Shown: in pieces, positions 14,803 through 23,813 of the stretch
Layout of the letters: each line of letters begins with the position of its first letter
Position numbering within the stretch: the stretch's first letter is position 1
Source of the DNA: Candidatus Nanohalobium sp.
GTDB lineage: Archaea; Nanohalarchaeota; Nanosalinia; Nanosalinales; Nanosalinaceae
DNA: 25,941 nt
Assembly (NCBI GenBank): GCA_042216335.1
Contig: JBDGTY010000006.1
Location: 1-25,941, forward strand
Direction: 5' to 3'
Notes under the pieces: model-generated
Told to the model about the DNA's origin: nothing
The model's database searches: none
The model's input: the letters and a program-made list of their open reading frames with translations, nothing else
Position numbers and translations under genes: made by a program

Positions 14803-17800
14803 TCAACCACAGACCTCAGCCCCAGGATTATCCTCACAGACCACGGACTTCAAGCCCTGAACCGTCTCCTGCAGCTTCTGTATCTTACGTTCCTGCCTCC
14901 GGTTCTCCCTCTTCAGCTCCTGGAACCTTCTGATGGTCTGGACATCCGACTCCACAACTTTCTCAGCTGTCTCCCTGGGTCTGTCCTTGTCGAAGTTCTC
15001 GGACTTCTTCACGAAGAAGCTGGACTGGTTCTCCGGAACCGAAACCTTACACCACTGGCTTCCCTTCGAACACTGGACGACCGGCGACTTGGCCGTCAAC
15101 GTATTGTAGTAGATCTTGGAAGCATTGATGTCACCCGGATCAAGGCCCTTATTGGTGTTACTGCCGAAAGCCGCACTACCATCAACACTCAGGTTTCCTG
15201 TGACCTCCACATCCAGCTCCTGGCCCTGACTGTTACCAAACCTCGCCGTGTAAGGCTGGGTGCTTGACGCGTTGTATCCTATGGCTACCGCCCCTTCTGC
15301 ATTCGTTGTGGCACTCTGGCCTAGAGCTATCTGGTTGTAGCCATAAGCGCTCGCGGAGTTACCGTAGTTGATCGTGACACGGTCAAGCTCAGGAGTATCG
15401 GTGGAATCACCAGCCATAGTTACGTTGAACCTGGCATACCGGGCACTTATGCCCAGCAAAGATGACTCGGTGCCCCCATCCAGTTCTAGCTTCTTCACGA
15501 AACTGCCGCTCATATCCGAAGAATTAGACAGTTCAACGGAGACATTCACTTCTGTACCACTAGGAAGGAAGGAAGTGACCTCAAAATCCGGGAAAGGGTT
15601 CACGCTTCCCGTATCAAACACGTTGCCCGTATAGCTTCCCGACTCATGATATGTTACGACGTTCTTGAACTTCGCCAGGTTATTCGCGTCACTTACTGTA
15701 TAGATTTCATCTCCGCTGACCGTTACATCGTTCCCGTTACCAGCCAAGGACTTATTAAATTTCTTAGAAACAGAACTGCCTTTATCAATATACTTGACCA
15801 ATAGATTTTTGACATTGCCGTAGAAGACGTTATATCCGGTTACGGCATATATTTCCCCATTTTCAACCGTTATCTTAGTGATATAGACCGAGGGATAAGT
15901 ATATTTCCAAACCTGTGTTGCGGAAGATCCCTGATCTTTATACTTAAAAAGGCCACTATAATCATTACTGCCATAGACGAAATTTCCTTCTACAGCGACG
16001 GAGGTTGTAGAATCTGCACCTATCGATCTATTCCACTTCTGAGTTCCATTAGCATAGAAAGCCTCTATATATCCTGACGAAGCTGTGTAAACACTTTGAT
16101 TTTTTACCGCTACATCCATACCATTACCTCCACCGGAGTTAAGGCTTTTATTCCAGACCTCAGAGGCATTATTGCCATTATCAATATACTTTATCAGCAG
16201 GGGATTATCCGTAGTTACATAAACTTTGTTTCCTTCTACGCTTACACTCTTACCATTCTTAGGAAGAGATTTATTCCATCCCTCGGTAGCACTACCTCCT
16301 TGATCAGTATATTTAATCAGTTTGTTGCCTTGTGTGACCACGAAGACCTCATTTCCTGTGACAGCGATACCGTTTCCAGTGTTAGAAAGGCTCTTACTCC
16401 ATACCTTGCCTCCCGTCGCGTCGTACTTTGCCACCTCATTGCCGGATGCAACGTAGAGATTTCCGTTCTGAATATCTACGGCATTACCGTTTCCGTTTGT
16501 ACTTGAGTTCCACACCCAGTTCGCCTTATCTCCTTTGACGCCGAGTTCCAGATTGGTTCCATCGATACTGAGATTGCTTTTGATGGTTCCGTTGTTCTGC
16601 CACTCCTGTTCAGTATCTACTGTAAGGTTGCTTGCCGGAGCTACGTTTTGCTGGCCAGTGTAGGTGTCTTCACTTCCTATCTCTATTCCGCGGGTGAACT
16701 CTATGTTATTCACGGAGGTGATCTTGTCGTTTCCTACGTTCAGGTCTCCACCGAAGTTGGTGGATGCTCCGGAAGGATTGATGAATCCTACCTGCCGGAG
16801 ATCATTACCCTGAAGGTTGATATCACTTCCTATCTTGAGTCCTCCGGATATGCTGGAGTTCCCGACAATCAACTGGTTATCACCGAGATTAAGGTCACTG
16901 TTGAAGCTGATGACGCCATCCGTACCTGAGACACTGTAGATGTTGTTGATGGAGTTACCATTCATGTCGATGCTATTTGAGCCGGCGCTATTACCTTGTT
17001 CGAGCGTAGCCGCCAGATCCTGCCCAGCTACAGCAGCATCAGCTGATATACATTCATAGCTACCATTCGGATAGACCCCTGCTACAACATAATCATTCTG
17101 GCACTGAGTTTGGTTGAAGAAATTTACGATACTGCCGTTCCTCAAGTCGAGTTGCTGGCCATAAATGCTTGCGTTGCCAGTAATATTGAGGCTTACTCTG
17201 TAAGAATTTTCAATAGATCCAAAGACCGCTTCGCCCGAGTCATCCGTCTGAGCATACGAACCTATGGCAATAGAATTTTTAGCTGAAGCATTCGCGAAGG
17301 GTCCAATGGCTATAGCTGGCGCACTGTACTTGCCCGAAGTATCTGCTATTGAACTATATCCGATAGCAATTGAACCATAACCTCCTTTTACCTTGGCTCC
17401 ATTACCTATTGCTACTCCTTGAACAGTTTTAGCGGAAGCAGAGTTACCCAAGGCCACAGGACTACCTCCGGACCTCGCTAATGAATTCTTTCCCAAAGCA
17501 ACTCCATCAACGGTGGAAGCACCGTCACCCACAGCCACACCAGCAGGATCATCTACCTCGGCGCTCTCGCCAATTCTTATACCGCTGTTTTTGAAACTTA
17601 TCTGAGCCGAGCTATTTATCAAATTGATACCTCCGGCACCGTGAACTGTCAAATTACCAGTAATGTTAACATCAAGTTCTTCGCCATTAAGATTTCCGAA
17701 AGTGGCTTCGTAGCTGTCATTACTTAAAGATTTGACACCGATCGCCACAGCCCCTTCCTTCAGGGCAGCAGCTCTAAACCCTACAGTAGAACTGTAAAGG

Positions 17801-18420
17801 CCTGAAGCAGAGCTTTCCGACCCTAAAGCCGTAGCACCATTGGCACTACTACTGCTTTTAGTGCCTAGAGCGACACCCAGCTGTCCTGCAGAAGTATTAT
17901 GACCTATCGCCACGCCACCCACTTCAGCATTGCTGTTTGAACCGAAAGCAGATGCATATCCTCCGGCTGTTGAGTTGTAGCCGACGGCCGTTTCTCCGAA
18001 TTTCGGGGTCGGATCTGGAGCCATTGCCAGAGATCCAGATCCTATAACCACGTCCTTCCAGTCATTACCTGAAGCGCCTTCCCCCAGTAGAATCGAACTG
18101 TTGAAAGATATGTTGTCCGCGCCAAGCAGCGAGTTACTGCTCAGGTTGATCGCGTATCCACCGGCGGAGTTGCCCTGGGCCAACGTCTCGGAAAGATTTT
18201 CAACACTGGAAACAGAATCCACACTCACACAGCTGTAGCTTCCGTTCCTGTAAACTCCCTGAACTACCTTACCAGAACCACAGGCAGAACTGAAGAAGTT
18301 GGTGATGTTGTTGCCGTTGGCGTTGAAGGTGGCGTTGTCGTACAGTTTGATTCCCTGTGTCTGTGCTGCGGCCCCGGAGATGAGGAGGAAGCCGATGATT
18401 ATCAGTGTTTCTAGTTTGAT
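14803..18420 (-). CDS. Secreted trimeric fibre/adhesin B (~1205 aa): signal peptide, Cys-neck repeats, three YadA-head blocks, 7-bladed beta-propeller inside a split beta-sandwich, C-terminal coiled coil; start codon anomalous
   Basis: The frame stays open upstream of the tracked GTG (18228) to a TGA at 18448-18450, encoding IKLETLIIIGFLLISGAAAQ (signal peptide) and a neck repeat NFFSSACGSGKVVQGVYRNGSYSC. Confidence 0.8.
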   Translation of the reverse strand: MKLETLIIIGFLLISGAAAQTQGIKLYDNATFNANGNNITNFFSSACGSGKVVQGVYRNGSYSCVSVDSVSSVENLSETLAQGNSAGGYAINLSSNSLLGADNISFNSSILLGEGASGNDWKDVVIGSGSLAMAPDPTPKFGETAVGYNSTAGGYASAFGSNSNAEVGGVAIGHNTSAGQLGVALGTKSSSSANGATALGSESSASGLYSSTVGFRAAALKEGAVAIGVKSLSNDSYEATFGNLNGEELDVNITGNLTVHGAGGINLINSSAQISFKNSGIRIGESAEVDDPAGVAVGDGASTVDGVALGKNSLARSGGSPVALGNSASAKTVQGVAIGNGAKVKGGYGSIAIGYSSIADTSGKYSAPAIAIGPFANASAKNSIAIGSYAQTDDSGEAVFGSIENSYRVSLNITGNASIYGQQLDLRNGSIVNFFNQTQCQNDYVVAGVYPNGSYECISADAAVAGQDLAATLEQGNSAGSNSIDMNGNSINNIYSVSGTDGVISFNSDLNLGDNQLIVGNSSISGGLKIGSDINLQGNDLRQVGFINPSGASTNFGGDLNVGNDKITSVNNIEFTRGIEIGSEDTYTGQQNVAPASNLTVDTEQEWQNNGTIKSNLSIDGTNLELGVKGDKANWVWNSSTNGNGNAVDIQNGNLYVASGNEVAKYDATGGKVWSKSLSNTGNGIAVTGNEVFVVTQGNKLIKYTDQGGSATEGWNKSLPKNGKSVSVEGNKVYVTTDNPLLIKYIDNGNNASEVWNKSLNSGGGNGMDVAVKNQSVYTASSGYIEAFYANGTQKWNRSIGADSTTSVAVEGNFVYGSNDYSGLFKYKDQGSSATQVWKYTYPSVYITKITVENGEIYAVTGYNVFYGNVKNLLVKYIDKGSSVSKKFNKSLAGNGNDVTVSGDEIYTVSDANNLAKFKNVVTYHESGSYTGNVFDTGSVNPFPDFEVTSFLPSGTEVNVSVELSNSSDMSGSFVKKLELDGGTESSLLGISARYARFNVTMAGDSTDTPELDRVTINYGNSASAYGYNQIALGQSATTNAEGAVAIGYNASSTQPYTARFGNSQGQELDVEVTGNLSVDGSAAFGSNTNKGLDPGDINASKIYYNTLTAKSPVVQCSKGSQWCKVSVPENQSSFFVKKSENFDKDRPRETAEKVVESDVQTIRRFQELKRENRRQERKIQKLQETVQGLKSVVCEDNPGAEVCG

Positions 18421-18627
18421 CCTAACACCTCTTTTTTCCGGATGTGTTCAGTACTGTAACGGGTTTTCTCGGTTTTCATGTTGAGTTGTTGGGCCTCCGG
18501 TGTTTAAACTACTTGAGTTAGAAGTTCTCCCTTCTTGTCACTGAATTGGTATCCCTTTGTTTATATTATGTTTGAAAGCCCGGGAAAAAGAGGCATTATT
18601 TTAATCTCCATCGGGTTAACCGTAGGT

Positions 18628-19953
18628 GTGAGAAAACACTTTTTGCTCCTGGCGGTGCTGGGCATGGCTTTCCTCGGGGGTGCGACCGTTGAGATAGGTC
18701 CGGGCGTCAGGATATTCCAGTACGACCAGCCGTCGAACATCAACTTTTCACAGCCTCAGAACTACAGTTTCATCGGCGTAAGAAGCCTCAGGACCGACTT
18801 CGGCAGTACTAACTTCACCGTGTCTCCAAAGTCAGATGCCGCAGCCGAGCTCGACTTCCTGAGGCCGCTGGCCGGGAGGCAGAGTTATGTTTCCAACTTC
18901 ACTGCCTTTGCGTCGCCTTCACAGCATGTTTCTTTCAACATCACTGATCTGCCGTCCAGTGATTTCTACGAGGCTTTTTTCTCGGACAACGGTTCAAGGA
19001 TCTTCATCGGTTATGCGGATTCCCCGGATGATATGTTCAACTTCTCCGCGAAGCTTCAGAACGTGGATATTTCGATCTTCAACTACGGTGAGAAAGGTGT
19101 AGAGGCGGAGAACATCAGTTTTAACGATACGAATCCTGTCGAGGACAATACTCTGAAGGTGGAGGCGAATATCTCGAATGAAGGAGTTGTTGACCCGGAA
19201 TCCCCGAACACGACAGTCAAAATCGAGACTTTCAACGGGACTCGGTGGGTTTTCAGGCAGAACATTTCGACCGTCGACACCGTGCCTGTGAACGGTTCCG
19301 TCCTTGCAAATGTTTCCTGGACCGTTAAGCCAGGGCCGTGGCGCTTCACCTCTGTCGCCGACCCCGAGGATGAGATCAAGGAGACGAACGAGTCGAACAA
19401 CCAAGCTTCGGAAATCCTGAACGTGGATTCGTACCAGATACTGTACGGTGAGAGCAATTCGAGCCTTGTTCTGGGTGCCGGTAACCGGGAGATCTACAGC
19501 TGGAATCCGGGTGAGAGCCAGGGTAACCTGTTCTTCTACGATGCTGATGCATCCTTCGATTACGGCGATCTTGAGCCGGTGAATTCGTCGGATCTCGTGG
19601 AGCTTGATGAAGCTTTGAGGATGCGTGGGCATAATGATTCGATCCAGGAGCTCTGGGACGATAACGGAGATGGGAGCATCGATCGTTTCGAGTCGATGAA
19701 GGTCGGGGACAGAACTTTGAGTGTCCCGGTTACCAATACCACGGCGGACAGCCCGTTTGATACCGGGATTCTGTACGATTCGGGAGATGGAACAGGTTTT
19801 GACGGCAGCCAGGACCTGGTGTTTGTGACGGAGCTGAAGTTTGAGAGAACCGGGAAGTACGGGACCTATGATTACGAGGTGCGTCTGCCTTTCTACCTTG
19901 GCGATCTTCGTGCCGGCGTGGATAAGGTGTCGGTTGACTTCCAGTTGACCTAG
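18628..19953 (+). CDS. Secreted CARDB-domain surface protein with a C-terminal domain paralogous to 23055..23741
   Basis: Likely start GTG 18628 (MRKHFLLLAVLGMAFLGGA), ~25 nt after ATTTTAAT; CARDB motif VEANISNEG...VSW....G......ADPEDEIKETNESNN. Confidence 0.8.
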   Translation: MRKHFLLLAVLGMAFLGGATVEIGPGVRIFQYDQPSNINFSQPQNYSFIGVRSLRTDFGSTNFTVSPKSDAAAELDFLRPLAGRQSYVSNFTAFASPSQHVSFNITDLPSSDFYEAFFSDNGSRIFIGYADSPDDMFNFSAKLQNVDISIFNYGEKGVEAENISFNDTNPVEDNTLKVEANISNEGVVDPESPNTTVKIETFNGTRWVFRQNISTVDTVPVNGSVLANVSWTVKPGPWRFTSVADPEDEIKETNESNNQASEILNVDSYQILYGESNSSLVLGAGNREIYSWNPGESQGNLFFYDADASFDYGDLEPVNSSDLVELDEALRMRGHNDSIQELWDDNGDGSIDRFESMKVGDRTLSVPVTNTTADSPFDTGILYDSGDGTGFDGSQDLVFVTELKFERTGKYGTYDYEVRLPFYLGDLRAGVDKVSVDFQLT

Positions 19954-19999
19954 TCTTTAATACGGGGAGTGTTCAAATAGACTTAAGGGCTGATTCTCG

Positions 20000-21139
20000 G
20001 TGGTGGAAAAGGACAGGATCCAAGAGGTGATGGATGAGATAGACGATGCTTCAGTTGAGGATATCGCTGAAGGCCTCGACGTAGATGAGGAGGAAGTTAT
20101 GGATGTTAAACTTGATGATATAGAGAATAATGCCGAGGAGCAGCGCCACGAGATGGAGGAGTTCGAGGAGCGCGTCGAGGAACACCAGAAAGCGTTCCGG
20201 GAGCTGATAGACGAGATCCAGGAGGTCATAGTTGGGCAGGAGGATGTTGTGGAACACGTCATCACTGCCATCATCTGTGACGGTAACGTATTGCTTGAGG
20301 GTGTTCCAGGCCTCGGTAAGTCGCTTCTTGTCGAGTCTCTGGCAGAGACAATTACTGATACCGAGCACAACAGGATCCAGTTCGTTCCGGACATGCTTCC
20401 ATCCGATATTCTTGGTCAGAGAGTGTATAACCAGGGTCAGGGCGAGTTCCACATCAACAAGGGCCCGGTTTTCACCAATTTCCTGCTGGCGGACGAGATC
20501 AACCGTGCGCCGCCGAAGACCCAGGCCGCATTGATGGAGGTCATGCAGGAGAAGAAGGTTACTATAGGAGAGGAGACTTTCCAGCTTGAGCCTCCGTACA
20601 TTGTACTTGCGACGCAGAACCCTGTCGAGCAGAAAGGAACGTATCCACTGCCGGAGGCTATCATGGACCGTTTCTTCATGAAGCTGGAGCTTAACTACCC
20701 GGACAGGTCAGATGAAAACCTGATACTTGAGAGAAACTCGATCCGCGACACCAACATCTTCGACCGCCTGGATCAGGTGATGGACAAGCAGCAGATACTG
20801 CATGCACAGGAGGATGTCAGGGACATACACCTTTCGGAGGAGGTCCGGGACTATATTACCAGGCTGATCACTACGGCGAGAGGTGAGACGGATCAGAAGA
20901 TCGACATGATCAAATACGTTGACTATGCTCCTTCGCCACGTGCCTCCATCTGGCTTTCGATGGGTGCTTCGGCCCAGGCGATGCTCGACGGCAGGACCTA
21001 CGCTACTCCAAAAGATGTGAAGGATGTCGCAAAACCTGTTCTACGGCACAGGATCGACGTGAACTACGAGGGAAAGCTGAAGGAAATCGATTCAAATCAG
21101 ATCGTGGATGCCCTGCTTGATTACGTGAAGGCAGAATGA
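20000..21139 (+). CDS. moxR: MoxR-family AAA+ ATPase
   Basis: Walker A LLEGVPGLGKS, RIQFVPDMLPSDI, Walker B LLADEINRAPPKTQAAL, ATQNPVEQKGTYPLPEA, SPRA, VLRHR. Confidence 0.95.
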   Translation: MVEKDRIQEVMDEIDDASVEDIAEGLDVDEEEVMDVKLDDIENNAEEQRHEMEEFEERVEEHQKAFRELIDEIQEVIVGQEDVVEHVITAIICDGNVLLEGVPGLGKSLLVESLAETITDTEHNRIQFVPDMLPSDILGQRVYNQGQGEFHINKGPVFTNFLLADEINRAPPKTQAALMEVMQEKKVTIGEETFQLEPPYIVLATQNPVEQKGTYPLPEAIMDRFFMKLELNYPDRSDENLILERNSIRDTNIFDRLDQVMDKQQILHAQEDVRDIHLSEEVRDYITRLITTARGETDQKIDMIKYVDYAPSPRASIWLSMGASAQAMLDGRTYATPKDVKDVAKPVLRHRIDVNYEGKLKEIDSNQIVDALLDYVKAE

Positions 21140-22017
21140 GCCAGCTACACCTGGACAAGGAGGATATAATCGAGGAAGCCAGAAGGAACAGCTTCAGGAT
21201 GGAAGATAGGATAAGAATACTTATTCTCTACAAGAAGATCGTCACAGGTGCAGGATTGGAATTCGACCGACTGAGGAAGTACGTACCCGGCGACCAGGCA
21301 AAGATGATCGACTGGAACTCCTTCGCCAGGACAGGAAACCTCTACACCAAGATATTCGATGAAGACAGGTTGCTGAACGTTTTGATTATCCAGGATTTCT
21401 CGGATTCGATGAAGGTCGGAACCACTGACATACTGAAGCATGATTACGCCTCGATTATATCGACGACGCTTGCAATAACTGCTCAGGATGCCGGTGATCA
21501 GGTCGGTTTCGTTGCGTTTTCCGACGACATCAAGGAGAGCGACGCTCCCTCACTCGACGAGGAGATACCTTACAGGATAGCCGACAAGACTGAGAACAAG
21601 GAGATCTACAGCGAGGAGGCGGACTGGGAGTCTCTCGCCAACCATGTACTGCCGAACTTCGAGTCGGAGACCTTCGTCTTCGTTATCTCGGACTTCGTCG
21701 GGGACATGGAGCCGGCGGAGAAGTTCCTGATACAGGCGGAGGAGAAGTTCCACGGCGTCTTCACAGTCATGGTCCGCGACCCGCTCGACTCCGAGCTACC
21801 AGAAGGTGTGGGACAGGCCTACCTGGGAAGCCCGTCCTCCAGCGACAATGTATTAGTGAATGTTGATAAGATCCGTGAAGAATACAACGAGAAGGCGGCG
21901 GAGCAGGAGGCCAGGATCAAGAGCAGGATGGAGAGCCTGGGACAGGACTTCATGCTGACGCACACCGACGAGGAGTTCACAAAATCACTTGCAGCATACC
22001 TTGACAGGAGGTACTAG
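21136..22017 (+). CDS. DUF58 protein (vWA-like MoxR partner)
   Basis: GAGLEFDRLRKYVPGDQAKMIDWNSFAR, DFSDSM, GDQVG, VISDF, DPLD; ATGA overlap with moxR. Confidence 0.9.
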   Translation: MSQLHLDKEDIIEEARRNSFRMEDRIRILILYKKIVTGAGLEFDRLRKYVPGDQAKMIDWNSFARTGNLYTKIFDEDRLLNVLIIQDFSDSMKVGTTDILKHDYASIISTTLAITAQDAGDQVGFVAFSDDIKESDAPSLDEEIPYRIADKTENKEIYSEEADWESLANHVLPNFESETFVFVISDFVGDMEPAEKFLIQAEEKFHGVFTVMVRDPLDSELPEGVGQAYLGSPSSSDNVLVNVDKIREEYNEKAAEQEARIKSRMESLGQDFMLTHTDEEFTKSLAAYLDRRY

Positions 22018-22019
22018 AC

Positions 22020-23009
22020 GTGGTAGAGATAGGTATAGGCCCGATAAACCTTATCCTGAAACTGAGCCAGGCGGACGCCCTGATGCTTCTGTTCCTCATC
22101 GGTTTGACCACCGCGTCCTTCTACCTGATGCGGAGGATGCGGAAGGATCGCGTCACCAAACTAGGGAACTACCAGACACTGAAGGAGGTGCACGATAGCA
22201 TTTCGATCGGAAGCCCGGTCATACTGGCTGCGAAGATCCTCCTGGTCACGATTTTATTCTTGACAGCTACCGAATCCATCCAGATCGAGGCACAGCAACC
22301 AGTCACCGATGTAAACTATGCTATAACGGTCGACTCCTCACAGTCGATGCTTATCCCGGACTACGAGCCGGACAGACTGGGCTACGTCAAGAAAAGACTG
22401 GTCAACTGGGTTCAGAACCTTCCCGTCCGCGCAGATCTATCGGTTGTCAGCTACTCTAGCCAGGCCGAGACCCATGCATTGCCGACCAAAGACACTGGCA
22501 GGATAGTCAAAGCCATAAGGAGTATAGAGGTCAACCTGAACCGCTCCGGAACAGACCTGAGCGCCGGACTTACCGCGGCGCTGGAGAACGGAAACAATAA
22601 CAAGAAGAGGGTCATCCTCGTGACTGACGGGAGAAATATCAGGGACAGGGAGATACAGCAGTCTATCGAGATCGCCCGAAACACCTCCGCCCAGATATAC
22701 ATCTTCGAGCTGCCGAGGAACAACCAGACAGAGCAGCTTTACCAGCAGTTGAATCTTTCCCTTGCCGAGGCCAACCTGAAAGGTGGGGTACGGGAAGAGG
22801 TCGTCAACTCCGGTTTGCGGCGTATCGCCGAAATCACCGGAGGAGGATATTATGAGGTGGACAACAGTGAGTTCTTCCAGGCCGCTCTCGACGACACGAC
22901 GACAAAAGAGAAGAAACTGGGGATAAACTCGAACTTTTACATCCTGATATTTATCTCGTTCTTCGTGATATTCGAGATGCTCCTTTACAGCAAATACGGC
23001 GCCCTCTAA
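22020..23009 (+). CDS. BatA-like membrane vWA protein
   Basis: Two N-terminal TM helices, MIDAS DSSQS...GT...VTDG, LRRIAEITGGGYY and a C-terminal TM helix. Confidence 0.88.
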   Translation: MVEIGIGPINLILKLSQADALMLLFLIGLTTASFYLMRRMRKDRVTKLGNYQTLKEVHDSISIGSPVILAAKILLVTILFLTATESIQIEAQQPVTDVNYAITVDSSQSMLIPDYEPDRLGYVKKRLVNWVQNLPVRADLSVVSYSSQAETHALPTKDTGRIVKAIRSIEVNLNRSGTDLSAGLTAALENGNNNKKRVILVTDGRNIRDREIQQSIEIARNTSAQIYIFELPRNNQTEQLYQQLNLSLAEANLKGGVREEVVNSGLRRIAEITGGGYYEVDNSEFFQAALDDTTTKEKKLGINSNFYILIFISFFVIFEMLLYSKYGAL

Positions 23010-23054
23010 AACCCAGGCATTTTTTAAACCAGAAATATCAAGTTATTAGTATTC

Positions 23055-23741
23055 ATGAGAAAATCATCCAAAGTGAATCTCCTATCTCTGACAATTATAG
23101 TTAGCCTGATGGCTTTTTCGGCTGCAGGTCAGCCGGAAGCAGCACAGACAGCAGCCGGAAGCAATCAGTCAATTTCCGGGAGCCAGCCCAGCAACGTCAC
23201 TATAAACGCTGGAGCTGTCGTCAACAGCAATGTTTCACAGTCCACAGCGACGGATAAGTGGGCAGGTTTCTTCGGTACCATCTCTGCTTCCAGGGTACTT
23301 GGTTCACCCTCAGCAACTCTCTACAAGTGGACAGCCAGTACACTGACGAACGCAGAAGTCATAGTGACTCCTCAATCGAGTCCGGTTCCTACAACGCTTT
23401 CGCAGGTCAGTAATCCGGATACATTCCTGGGATCAGGATACAAAAACGGGCCGGCGGCCGCGAGCAAGACGTTTACGGAGACCGAATCCATACAAACGAT
23501 GAGCCAGTCTAAGTCAACTGTTTCAGTAGATCTCTATGGCAGCAGTGGAAGTGCGAACGAGACATTTACAACGCTGCTCTACAACGATGGTAACGATGGT
23601 TCAGACGATCCTGTCTACGTTGCCAACGGCACGAGCACCACGACTGGATTCGACGGCAGCACAGTCAATTACCAGTTGCTTGTCGGAGTAGGAGATTCGA
23701 ACGCCAGGAAGACTTTCACGTTCTACCTTTCGATCCCATAG
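23055..23741 (+). CDS. Secreted Ser/Thr-rich beta-strand protein without membrane anchor (candidate major filament subunit)
   Basis: Signal peptide MRKSSK...SAAG; WAGFFG..S....LG.....LYKW motif; own TTTTTTAAA box (~23020-23028) and own terminator. Confidence 0.8.
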   Translation: MRKSSKVNLLSLTIIVSLMAFSAAGQPEAAQTAAGSNQSISGSQPSNVTINAGAVVNSNVSQSTATDKWAGFFGTISASRVLGSPSATLYKWTASTLTNAEVIVTPQSSPVPTTLSQVSNPDTFLGSGYKNGPAAASKTFTETESIQTMSQSKSTVSVDLYGSSGSANETFTTLLYNDGNDGSDDPVYVANGTSTTTGFDGSTVNYQLLVGVGDSNARKTFTFYLSIP

Positions 23742-23743
23742 AT

Positions 23744-23772
23744 ACCGGTTTTTATCCGGTTTCTTCTTTTTA
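23744..23772 (+). terminator. Hairpin plus T-tract terminator
   Basis: ACCGG-TTTTTAT-CCGGT followed by TTCTTCTTTTT directly after the stop of 23055..23741. Confidence 0.6.
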
Positions 23773-23813
23773 TTCCCCAACATTCTTTTAAGGAAATCTG
23801 CCAAAGATTAGGT

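Noticed and set aside
14557-15267. 236-aa plus-strand ORF
   Set aside because: Antisense to fibre B and the MNT remnant; Leu/Arg-rich shadow with no recognisable domain.
12072-18420. Provirus tail-fibre genes or classical trimeric autotransporters
   Set aside because: Both proteins have signal peptides and glycosylation sequons, there are no capsid, terminase or integrase genes nearby, and there is no C-terminal beta-barrel.
18431-18437. Classical A_AAA_AAG -1 ribosomal frameshift site
   Set aside because: The heptamer is present but phased CGG AAA AAA GAG in the ATG frame rather than A AAA AAG, and no clear downstream stimulatory hairpin was seen.
18535-18627. Tracked N-terminal extension of the CARDB protein
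   Set aside because: Overlaps the divergent promoter region; GTG 18628 gives a proper signal peptide at leaderless spacing.
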